A DNA stretch of 64,000 nt, from positions 9,643 to 73,642 of the forward strand of contig JBOFUV010000008.1 of assembly GCA_051652765.1 (NCBI GenBank). Direction: 5' to 3'. The notes beneath the pieces are model-generated. The model made no database searches. It saw nothing but the letters and a program-made list of their open reading frames with translations, and was not told where the DNA came from. Below, in pieces: positions 1 through 8,424 of this stretch. Position numbers and translations under genes: made by a program. The stretch is from Microcoleaceae cyanobacterium (GTDB lineage: Bacteria; Cyanobacteriota; Cyanobacteriia; Cyanobacteriales; Microcoleaceae). Numbering within the stretch: position 1 is the stretch's first letter; every line of letters starts with the position of its first letter.

Positions 1-485
1 TAGTTTATCAGTCAATGACTAGAAAAAAATTGGCGAGTTTAGTCTCCTTTGACAAGATTGAAGCCAATGGTTTTTTGCCGTTTTCTACCCGTTATAATCC
101 AGAGACTTATCATCAAAAGCGTCCTTATGTTGCGGGTGCTTTTGATGGAGATTATCAAGCTTTTAATCTAGGGGGGGAACAGTCTAGTGCATTGAGTTCG
201 CTCACTGCATTTCTCCGATCCAAAAATATTCCCTTGGTGTTCGTGAATTTGCCTGTTACGGATGATTATCTAGATGGCACGCGATGGGCAGCCGAAGTAG
301 AATTTCAAGATATGATGAACCAACTCTCAATGGAATATGGATTTATTTTTATTGACCTTTCGGAAAAAGTTCTAACCCGTTATGAATATTTTGTAGATCC
401 AAGTCATTTAAACCTCTATGGTGCAAGAGCTGTTGCTCAGAGACTAGTCTCTGAACCTTCAATTCCTTGGCCAAAGCAAAGATAA
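1..485 (+). CDS. 5'-truncated SGNH/GDSL-like (DUF1574-type) protein, C-terminal part
   Basis: Frame is open to the window edge; C-terminal FVDPSHLNLYGA matches the DxxH block of SGNH-like proteins. Confidence 0.55.
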   Translation, partial: VYQSMTRKKLASLVSFDKIEANGFLPFSTRYNPETYHQKRPYVAGAFDGDYQAFNLGGEQSSALSSLTAFLRSKNIPLVFVNLPVTDDYLDGTRWAAEVEFQDMMNQLSMEYGFIFIDLSEKVLTRYEYFVDPSHLNLYGARAVAQRLVSEPSIPWPKQR

Positions 486-496
486 AGCACGACTCA

Positions 497-522
497 CCTG
501 AAGGAGTGACAACCCCTTCAGG
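497..522. terminator. Hairpin between convergent genes
   Basis: CCTGAAGG...CCTTCAGG inverted repeat in a 37-bp convergent gap. Confidence 0.5.
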
Positions 523-1803
523 CTAGGCTTTTTGATCCAGGCGAATCGCTCGGTCTAATGCGGCTTTTTCCCTGGCTCTGCGTTGATAGGGCTGGAGTTG
601 AGGAATTGACCAGCCACTCAAAATACTCAAATCCTTAAGGTCGATACCTTTGATTAACATTTCTACACACCAGGTTTGTCTGGCTTGCCCCAGGGCTGGG
701 GGCTGATGTCCAGAAGGGTAAGACTGGGGGGTAAGGTGTTGCCAGATCAGTTCCAGTTCTGCTTCGGTGAGGGACTGACCGCTGTCATTAATAAACAAGG
801 CGACCTGCTCGTCTTTGCGGCTTTTCAACCATTGACTTAAGGGGTTGCTCGTGTATGAACCATAGCGTTTGCCCATAATCCACTGATTGACCGAGACCTG
901 CCGTGGCTTCCCGGTTTGAATTTGTAAGAGATGCTGGCGAGGGTTGCTAATGTGATGCGATCGCTCTAACGCCACCAGTTCTACAGGCAGCAATCCGGCC
1001 CCAAAGAGTACATAGGCGATCGCATAATTCTGGCTACCTTGTTTTTTGGCCTGTTGTAAGATAGCGTGAACGACCTCGGCTGGCAAATCAGCAACTGTTG
1101 AGGATTGCTCTTCCCGATTCAGCGCTTCCCGGTTCAGAGATCGAGCAACCTTGGGCAAAGAATTGGAAGATGTTCCCTGCTGGGGTGAAGCTGATCCTGA
1201 TCCTGATAATATTGCCCCTGCTAAACACAATTCCGTTAAAGTCTTGAGGAAATCCGCTTGATCCGCCCAGGGTTCGTGGAATTCCGTTAATAGCTCCATC
1301 ACCTGGTAACCCAACAGTAGCCCATTGAGCAGGCTTGCAAACTTGTTGACTGAAAAGCTCGGCTGTACCTGTTCTCGCTCCATGACAGTAGTCAGATACT
1401 CTGCTAACTGTTGCGTCCTCCGGTTAATCCCTTGACTGAGAACTTGACGATTTTCCAGGGTGTACTGTCCTGATTCCCCAACCGCAGAGCGCAGCAACTC
1501 GGGCATTTGTCCTAAAGTTTGTAGGCGATCGCGGCAGTAGTCTTCTAGGGCTTGATCCAGAGAGGTAATGGTGTTAACAGACTCCAGCAAAGATTCACCA
1601 TTCGGAGTGAACAGATCAGCGTCTTGAATCACAGCCAAAAGCAAGTCAAGCTTGCTACCAAAATTCCGAAATAACGTGACCTCATTCACCTCTGCCAACT
1701 CGGCAATCTGTCGGGTTGTTGTGGCTGTAAATCCCTGGGAACTGAATAATTCAAGGGCTGACTGGATCAAGCGGCCTTGGGTTGAAGAATGAGTTCGAAG
1801 CAT
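523..1803 (-). CDS. TetR-family regulator fused to a C-terminal tyrosine-recombinase-like domain
   Basis: TetR HTH (LIQSALELFSSQGFTATTTRQIAELAEVNEVTLFRNFGSK); C-terminal LFGAGLLPVELVAL and QARQTW...GIDLKDLSILSGW...QPY resemble integrase boxes I/II; likely ATG at 1803. Confidence 0.8.
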   Translation of the reverse strand: MLRTHSSTQGRLIQSALELFSSQGFTATTTRQIAELAEVNEVTLFRNFGSKLDLLLAVIQDADLFTPNGESLLESVNTITSLDQALEDYCRDRLQTLGQMPELLRSAVGESGQYTLENRQVLSQGINRRTQQLAEYLTTVMEREQVQPSFSVNKFASLLNGLLLGYQVMELLTEFHEPWADQADFLKTLTELCLAGAILSGSGSASPQQGTSSNSLPKVARSLNREALNREEQSSTVADLPAEVVHAILQQAKKQGSQNYAIAYVLFGAGLLPVELVALERSHHISNPRQHLLQIQTGKPRQVSVNQWIMGKRYGSYTSNPLSQWLKSRKDEQVALFINDSGQSLTEAELELIWQHLTPQSYPSGHQPPALGQARQTWCVEMLIKGIDLKDLSILSGWSIPQLQPYQRRAREKAALDRAIRLDQKA

Positions 1804-1808
1804 AAAAA

Positions 1809-1871
1809 GAAAGTGATACTTGCAAAAACAAGGATTTACAGTTAAACTTGAGAAAAGCAAGTGGAACTTGC
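1809..1871. promoter_or_regulatory. Pair of palindromic candidate TetR operators
   Basis: GAAAGT-GAT-ACTTGC (1809-1823) and GCAAGT-GGA-ACTTGC (1857-1871) in the divergent intergenic region. Confidence 0.65.
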
Positions 1872-1918
1872 AAATTTACTTTACTATAGCAATTCTCTTC
1901 TGGGAGAGACTTCTAGTT

Positions 1919-2785
1919 ATGCATCAATTAATGATTCAATCCTATTCAACAACCCCGACTTTAACGACCCCGGCAACTCCTGCCCCCCTGAAACTCCACT
2001 GGGTTACTCTCGTATTCATCGTAGCAATCCATGGGTTAGCCCTGCTTACACCTTGGTTTTTTTCTGGGTCAGCCTTGGCAGTTACCCTATTTCTACACTG
2101 GTTATTCGGCAGTATTGGTATTTGTTTGGGCTATCATCGACTCCTATCCCATCGCAGTTTACGATTACCCAAATGGCTGGAATACATTGTTGTAACCTTG
2201 GGTGCCTTGGCTTTGCAGGGCGGGCCGATTTTTTGGGTTGCAGGACATCGTCTCCACCACGCCCATACAGAGGATGAGATTAAAGATCCTTACTCAGCTA
2301 ATCGCGGGTTTTGGTGGAGTCATATATTGTGGCTGTTTTATCAGAGCCCTCAGTTTTTCAACTATTCTAACTACAAGGGGTTTGCCCCAGATCTGGATCG
2401 AGATCCTTACTACCGCTGGCTGAATCAGTATCACTTACTTCCTCAACTTCTGCTGGGTTTACTACTCTATGGTTTGGGTGGATGGTCTTTTGTGATCTAC
2501 GGAATTTTCCTGCGGTCAGTGTTGCTATGGCATAGTACTTGGTTGATTAACTCCGCCAGTCACCTATGGGGATATCGAACCTTTGCTGCTGATGACAATG
2601 CTCGTAACCTCTGGTGGGCTGCCCTTCTAACCTATGGCGAAGGCTGGCACAACAACCATCACGCCCATCCTCGGGTGGCACAGGCAGGACGGCGCTGGTG
2701 GGAAATAGATATGACTTGGTGGGCGATCCGAAGTCTAGAAATGTTAGGTCTAGCCCAAAAAGTTGTTAGACCTAGATGTAACTAG
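1919..2785 (+). CDS. Delta-9-type acyl-lipid/acyl-CoA fatty acid desaturase (DesC family)
   Basis: Histidine boxes HRLLSH, HRLHH and GEGWHNNHH; membrane segments. Confidence 0.9.
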   Translation: MHQLMIQSYSTTPTLTTPATPAPLKLHWVTLVFIVAIHGLALLTPWFFSGSALAVTLFLHWLFGSIGICLGYHRLLSHRSLRLPKWLEYIVVTLGALALQGGPIFWVAGHRLHHAHTEDEIKDPYSANRGFWWSHILWLFYQSPQFFNYSNYKGFAPDLDRDPYYRWLNQYHLLPQLLLGLLLYGLGGWSFVIYGIFLRSVLLWHSTWLINSASHLWGYRTFAADDNARNLWWAALLTYGEGWHNNHHAHPRVAQAGRRWWEIDMTWWAIRSLEMLGLAQKVVRPRCN

Positions 2786-2885
2786 GACTTGCACAGCTAA
2801 ATGAGTTTTGCTCCTCTCTCCCCCTCCAACTTGGGGGAAGATTTAGATGTTAGGTGGTAAGTGCATGTAAGTGCATAATTCCTAA
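2784..2885. repeat. Degenerate short dispersed repeat with TAGGACTT...TTCCTA termini
   Basis: TAGGACTTGCACA...TGCATAATTCCTA imperfect terminal inverted repeats around an internal CCCC/GGGG hairpin. Confidence 0.4.
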
Positions 2886-2922
2886 TCTAACAGCATCTCA
2901 ACTGATTTTTTCGAGGCTGATT

Positions 2923-3088
2923 TACAGCGGTTTTCAAGTCAGTTTTCAAGTCAGTTTTCAAGTCAGGTTTTGAATTAGTTGTTAAATTGGTTTAAGTCGG
3001 TAAGGGATCTAAGCCCCTCAAGTCCCCCTTGAAAGAGGAAATTTTAGGGCGATCACATCGGATCGCATTTGAATAAAAATAGCTGCAG
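2923..3088. repeat. MITE-like repeat containing a 12-bp triplication and a CCCCCTT/AAGAGG hairpin
   Basis: TACAGCGGTTTTCA left end; (GTTTTCAAGTCA)x3 at 2930-2965; similar hairpin core near 5807-5840; AAAACCGCTGTA end also seen near 48991. Confidence 0.5.
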
Positions 3089-3307
3089 GTGGGGTGAGAT
3101 TGATTAGACTAAGCAATTGACGCTTGAAAAGCTTGGGCCATTGACCCAGAGGCGCTTGTAATGAGAGTTAATTCCAAATTCTCGTGACTTTTCATAAAGA
3201 TTTGAGTTAGTATTTTAACAATGTCTAAATTCTAATCGCAATATTAGGTTAGGGTCTGGACTAGGGCTGTCACCAAACTTAATGATGAGAAATCGTCCTA
3301 CTCTGCC

Positions 3308-3856
3308 ATGTCCTCTTCAAACTCTCGTCCCATCCTTCTAGTAGATGGCTACAACGTTATTGGAGCTTGGCCTTTGCTGCAGCAGAGGCGAGACTTAACT
3401 GGAATGGAGGAGGCTCGGAGAGGGCTGATTGAATCCCTAATCAACTACAGCGCTTTTGAGGGATTGGACGCTCGCATTGTTTTTGACGCTCACTACCAGG
3501 ATACTCCTGGCTTTTGCGAGACCGTTACTGAAAGTTTGTCGGTTTACTATACAGGCTTTGGTCAGACGGCAGATACCTACATTGAAAAGACCTGCGCTGT
3601 TCTGGGCCGTCAATTTAAAGTGTTAAGGCAGCGACTAATTGTAGCGACTTCAGACCGAGCTCAGCGGCTGACTGTCATTGGCTATGGAGCAGAATGGTTA
3701 TCCTCTGAACAGCTCGCTGAAGTCGTTGAACTGACGAATCGTCGATGTCAACGTCGCCATAAGCCTCGCAAACAGTCTTCTAGTCGATATCTGTTTAATT
3801 CCTTGGATGCTGAGTCTCAGAAGCGATTGTCTATGATGCGGATGGGTTTGAAATAA
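3308..3856 (+). CDS. NYN-domain (YacP/Rae1-like) ribonuclease
   Basis: LLVDGYN, IVFDA, QTADTYIE and VATSD motifs. Confidence 0.85.
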   Translation: MSSSNSRPILLVDGYNVIGAWPLLQQRRDLTGMEEARRGLIESLINYSAFEGLDARIVFDAHYQDTPGFCETVTESLSVYYTGFGQTADTYIEKTCAVLGRQFKVLRQRLIVATSDRAQRLTVIGYGAEWLSSEQLAEVVELTNRRCQRRHKPRKQSSSRYLFNSLDAESQKRLSMMRMGLK

Positions 3857-3949
3857 GAGTTCTAGAGTTTGTTCGTTTCAGCTTCCTACAGCTTGCTCTG
3901 TCGGCAAGGTTGGTGAACCCAGATCAATAGGTCAACTTTGATTGTGGTT

Positions 3950-3964
3950 TCAAGTGGAACTTGA
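3950..3964. promoter_or_regulatory. Third copy of the candidate TetR operator
   Basis: TCAAGT-GGA-ACTTGA; its 13-bp core is identical to 1858-1870. Confidence 0.45.
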
Positions 3965-4529
3965 GCATGAGGAGAGTCTTCCACTAATTGCTTAAGTATG
4001 TTTCAGAGAGTGAATAAGTCTGAAATCAAATTTTATTAGTCTTCTCTGATTAGGTTTTAGTTATCATTGCTAACCCAGATATTTCTACAGCCAGACCCTT
4101 CCTAATTTTGATCTTGGGGAGGTAAGAGTTATGAAGAATCCTTGCTACAGATGGCTCTTGGCTTTTCCATAGATGGATCTCCAAAGTGAAAGTGATGTTT
4201 TTTAAGTCGGGATTACTGTATCATGACATTGGAATCACCATGAGCCGATCTATCTGCTCAGTACTACGCTAATGCACTGACAAAAAAGTCCCCCAATCTT
4301 AGCAAATTAGGGGATCGCATAATAGTTCATAAACTAGTGATGTTAGCACTGTTTTTTGCATTTGACAATTCTTTGAGTAGTTTTAGATCGAAGTTAAAGC
4401 TATTCTTGTGGATTTTGATGAACTAAACCCTCTCAGTCAAGGGCAGGTTTCAGCCTACTAACTCACTTAAGAAGTGCGGAGTCAGTGCGGAGCATTGTGT
4501 TTCGTATTTTCCAATCGAGGTCAAACTCA

Positions 4530-5765
4530 ATGAGTCAAATTCAAGCAAAGCTGGAAGTAACTGATACTGCATTTCAGGTTGAAGGTTACGAAAAAATCGA
4601 GTACAGCTTGGTCTATGTGGATGATGTCTTTGACATCAAAAATGCTGAGCTTTCTGATATCTATCGTAAGTTTGGACGGTGCTTGATCGTAATTGATACG
4701 ACTGTCAACCGTCTCTACGCTGAAAGGATTCAAGCCTACTTTGACTATCATGAAATTGAGCTGACTCTATTTCCGGTTTCCATCCCTGAAACTGCTAAAA
4801 CGTTGAGAACCTTTGAAACCATCATTGATGCGTTTGCAGAGTTCGGCTTAGTTCGCAAGGAACCTGTACTGGTGGTTGGCGGCGGTTTAATTACGGATGT
4901 GACTGGATTTGCTTGTTCTGCCTATCGTCGCAGTAGCAACTATATTCGGATTCCCACGACCTTAATTGGTTTGATTGATGCCAGTGTGGCGATTAAAGTT
5001 GCGGTCAATCACAAAAAGTTAAAGAACCGATTAGGGGCTTACCACGCTTCCCAGAAGGTAATTCTTGACTTTTCTTTCCTCAGAACCCTCCCCATTGCTG
5101 AACTTCGGAACGGCATGGCGGAGTTAGTCAAAATTGCGGTTGTAGCTGAGGCTGAGGTGTTCGAACTGTTGGAAAAATACGGTGAAGACCTGCTGCACAA
5201 GCACTTCGGCTTCCTTGACGGCACTCCCGAATTGCAAGAAATTGGTCATCGTCTCAACTACAAAGCCATTAAGCGGATGTTGGAATTGGAGGTGCCTAAC
5301 CTGCATGAACTGGATCTGGATCGGGTGATTGCCTATGGTCACACCTGGAGTCCTACGGTAGAGCTAACTCCCACCGTTCCGCTTTATCATGGTCATGCGG
5401 TCAATATCGACATGGCGTTGTCTGCGACTCTGGCCGCACAGCGAGAGTACATCTCAACGGCAGAGCGCGATCGCATTTTGGGCTTGATGAGTCGGTTAGG
5501 CTTGTCTCTGGATCATCCGATTTTAGAGATTGAGCTGCTTTGGAAAGCAACAGAATCTATCATTCAAACCCGTGATGGCAAGTTGAGAGCGGCTGTGCCT
5601 CGACCCATCGGAATGTGTGATTTCATCAACGACCTCACCTACACAGAATTAGAGGAAGCCTTGGCTGAGCATAAGCGTCTCTGTGCAGACTATCCTCGAG
5701 GCGGCGAAGGCGTTGATGCGGTGATTACCGTTGATGATGCCTCTGAATTAGCATTCAGTCGGTAA
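4530..5765 (+). CDS. mysA: Demethyl-4-deoxygadusol synthase (sedoheptulose 7-phosphate cyclase)
   Basis: DHQS-like motifs [35 protein letters not shown]; cluster context; ATG 4530 with upstream GAGG. Confidence 0.93.
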   Translation: MSQIQAKLEVTDTAFQVEGYEKIEYSLVYVDDVFDIKNAELSDIYRKFGRCLIVIDTTVNRLYAERIQAYFDYHEIELTLFPVSIPETAKTLRTFETIIDAFAEFGLVRKEPVLVVGGGLITDVTGFACSAYRRSSNYIRIPTTLIGLIDASVAIKVAVNHKKLKNRLGAYHASQKVILDFSFLRTLPIAELRNGMAELVKIAVVAEAEVFELLEKYGEDLLHKHFGFLDGTPELQEIGHRLNYKAIKRMLELEVPNLHELDLDRVIAYGHTWSPTVELTPTVPLYHGHAVNIDMALSATLAAQREYISTAERDRILGLMSRLGLSLDHPILEIELLWKATESIIQTRDGKLRAAVPRPIGMCDFINDLTYTELEEALAEHKRLCADYPRGGEGVDAVITVDDASELAFSR

Positions 5766-5894
5766 GCAGACTGGCTGGCTCATTTCGTTCGGATTTGCCT
5801 TGTCTTAAGTCCTCCTTTGTAAGGGGGATTTAAGGGGCTTGAGCGGACACGGGTTTGTAGTTCTGCCGACTGTCTGTCTTCTCGGATTTACGTC

Positions 5895-6044
5895 CTAGTG
5901 GTTTGTCAAATCAATTTTGTAGGTTAGGGAGTAGCTTGCTTCTACGGAGCAGTACGAAGTGAAACTAATAACCCTTTAAGAGCCTTGGGTTCCACAAACT
6001 CAATACCAAACGACCAACCTACATTTAGGTTGACAAACCACTGG
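5895..6044. mobile_element. 150-bp MITE-like element between mysA and mysB
   Basis: Terminal inverted repeats CTAGTGGTTTGTCAA / TTGACAAACCACTGG plus subterminal TGTAGGTT / AACCTACA; no ORF. Confidence 0.65.
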
Positions 6045-6093
6045 CCAAGGCTTAGCAACGTCTCATTCTTAGATTGAACCAGAAAAGGAAATA

Positions 6094-6924
6094 ATGACTT
6101 CTACAATTCATCTGCCACAGGCTCGACCTGTTACCCCGATCGGAATTTTGGCCAAAAAGTTAGAAGAGGCGGTGCAATGTTTGGAAACAGCCGAAATCCC
6201 AGCCGAACTTGCTGATCTGATTCATCAAGCCTTTCAATTGGCAACAGGTTTAGATCCGTACTTAGAAACTTGCACAACTCCAGAATCAGAAGCCTTAAAA
6301 TTGCTTGCTCAAAAAACTCGTCAAGAACCCTGGAGTCAACGGTTTTCAGATCAGGAAACAGTGCGTCATTTAGAGCAGGAAATGCTTTCAGGTCACATTG
6401 AAGGACAAACTCTAAAACTGTTGGTTAAAATGACCCAAGCCAAACGTATTTTAGAGATTGGACTATTTACTGGATATTCTGCTTTGGCCATGGCAGAAGC
6501 CTTACCAGAGGATGGGGAATTAATTGCTTGTGAAGTGGATGAATATGTAGCAAATTTTGCTCGTAATTGTTTTGAATCTTCTCCCCACGGCACAAAAATT
6601 GTGGTAAAAGTTGCTCCGGCATTAGTCACAATAGTCCAGCTAGCAGAAGCTAGAGAATGCTTTGATTTTGTTTTTATTGATGCTGACAAAAAAGAGTATG
6701 TCGAGTATTTTAGTCTCTTGCTCAAAAGCAACTTACTAGCACCTAACGCTGTCATTTGTGTGGACAATACGTTATTTCAAGGTCAAGTTTACCTGTCTTC
6801 AGACCAACAAACAGAAAATGGCAAGGCGATCGCCCAATTCAATCAAGTGATTGCAGAAGATCCACGAGTTGAACAGGTGCTACTGCCTTTGCGAGATGGA
6901 TTAACCATCATTCGATGTCTATAG
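6094..6924 (+). CDS. mysB: O-methyltransferase of MAA biosynthesis
   Basis: ILEIGLFTGYS, FIDADK, VDNTL; N-terminal ARPVTP; cluster context. Confidence 0.92.
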   Translation: MTSTIHLPQARPVTPIGILAKKLEEAVQCLETAEIPAELADLIHQAFQLATGLDPYLETCTTPESEALKLLAQKTRQEPWSQRFSDQETVRHLEQEMLSGHIEGQTLKLLVKMTQAKRILEIGLFTGYSALAMAEALPEDGELIACEVDEYVANFARNCFESSPHGTKIVVKVAPALVTIVQLAEARECFDFVFIDADKKEYVEYFSLLLKSNLLAPNAVICVDNTLFQGQVYLSSDQQTENGKAIAQFNQVIAEDPRVEQVLLPLRDGLTIIRCL

Positions 6925-6946
6925 TAGGAGAAATATAGCAGGAGAA

Positions 6947-8317
6947 ATGATGTCTCAAATTCTATTCATCCAATCCAGTCAAGCTTACTCTATAGTTCAG
7001 AATATTGGCACACTTGTGCTCTTGACTTTAATTCTTCCTTTCAATCTTATTCTAGTTTTGATTGCATGGGTAATTCACTCTATTCAACGCCTATTTCAGC
7101 ATAAACCTGCGAATCCAAATCCTAAAAGAATTTTGATTACAGGTGGAAAAATGACTAAATCTTTGCAGCTTGCTCGTTCATTTCATGCAGCAGGCCACAT
7201 AGTCTTTTTAGTAGAGACTCACAAATATTGGTTGACTGGGCATCGATTTTCTAACGCAGTGAAAAAGTTCTATTCTGTTACTGAACCCAAGAAAAACGTA
7301 GAACAATTCTGTCAAGACTTATTAGAAATTGTTCAGAAGAACAAGATCGATGTTTTTATTCCTGTAACCAGTCCTGTCGAGAGTTACTACTGTTCCCTAG
7401 CAAAATCATTACTGCTGCCTGACTGTGAGGTAATTCATTTTAATTCTGAGGTTACTCAGCTTTTAGATCATAAATTTGCCTTCATTCAGAGCGCGAAAGA
7501 GTTTGGCTTATCAGTGCCTCAATCTTTCCTGATTACCAACGTTGACCAAGTACTTAATTTTGATTTTTCAAAGGATGGTTGTCAATATATTCTAAAAAGC
7601 ATTCCCTATAATTCAGTGCATCGCTTGAACCTCACTAAACTTCCTTTAAAATCTCATACTGAAATGGAGAGTTTTGTCAAGAATTTACCGATCAGTGAAG
7701 AGCATCCTTGGATTATGCAGGAGTTTATTGGAGGGCAAGAATATTGCACTCATAGTACTGTTCGAAATGGCGTGATTCGACTGCATTGCTGTTCTAGTTC
7801 ATCTCCTTTTCAAGTGAATTATGATCAGGTTGATAACTCAGAGATTTACAACTGGGTAAAGACATTTGTGAAGAAATTAGATCTCACAGGTCAGATTTCT
7901 TTCGACTTCATTCAAGCTCCAGATGGAACAGTTTACCCTCTAGAATGCAATCCTAGAATTCATTCAGCAATTACGATGTTTTATAACCATCCTGAAGTCT
8001 CTAAAGCTTATTTGATAGATGCTCAAGATGAAAACGAACAGCCGATTACACCGTTATTAAACAGCAAGCCAACCTATTGGCTCTATCACGAATTTTGGCG
8101 ATTAACTGAAGTCAGATCTTGGAAAAAGTTAAAAGCCTGGTTCCAGAAAATTACTCAGGGAACAGATGCTATTTTTCAAGTTAGCGATCCGATGCCTTTT
8201 TTAATGGTACATCACTGGCAAATTCCATTACTTTTATTGGGTAATCTTCGCCGACTGAAAGGTTGGATTCGGATTGATTTTAATATTGGCAAACTAGTTG
8301 AGTTAGGTGGAGATTAA
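6947..8317 (+). CDS. mysC: ATP-grasp ligase (mycosporine-glycine synthase)
   Basis: GGKMTKSLQLAR, WIMQEFI, LECNPR, C-terminal IDFNIGKLVELGGD. Confidence 0.92.
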   Translation: MMSQILFIQSSQAYSIVQNIGTLVLLTLILPFNLILVLIAWVIHSIQRLFQHKPANPNPKRILITGGKMTKSLQLARSFHAAGHIVFLVETHKYWLTGHRFSNAVKKFYSVTEPKKNVEQFCQDLLEIVQKNKIDVFIPVTSPVESYYCSLAKSLLLPDCEVIHFNSEVTQLLDHKFAFIQSAKEFGLSVPQSFLITNVDQVLNFDFSKDGCQYILKSIPYNSVHRLNLTKLPLKSHTEMESFVKNLPISEEHPWIMQEFIGGQEYCTHSTVRNGVIRLHCCSSSSPFQVNYDQVDNSEIYNWVKTFVKKLDLTGQISFDFIQAPDGTVYPLECNPRIHSAITMFYNHPEVSKAYLIDAQDENEQPITPLLNSKPTYWLYHEFWRLTEVRSWKKLKAWFQKITQGTDAIFQVSDPMPFLMVHHWQIPLLLLGNLRRLKGWIRIDFNIGKLVELGGD

Positions 8318-8424
8318 CGGCCGTTATGCTAGGTGAAACTTTATACTATGTAAAAGCTGTTCTAATCTAAATTAGAACTCTAAATTGCAAATCTAAATTA
8401 CGAAAATTGTGTGTATTTTCTTTT

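Noticed and set aside
1804..1918. Apparent overlap of the TetR and desaturase ORFs in the track
   Set aside because: Artefact of upstream alternative starts; ATGs at 1803 and 1919/1931 leave a normal divergent promoter
523..3964. Active integrase defining a prophage or integrative element
   Set aside because: Catalytic Arg and His are missing; no phage or conjugation genes and no tRNA att site; palindrome spacer too short for a typical recombination site
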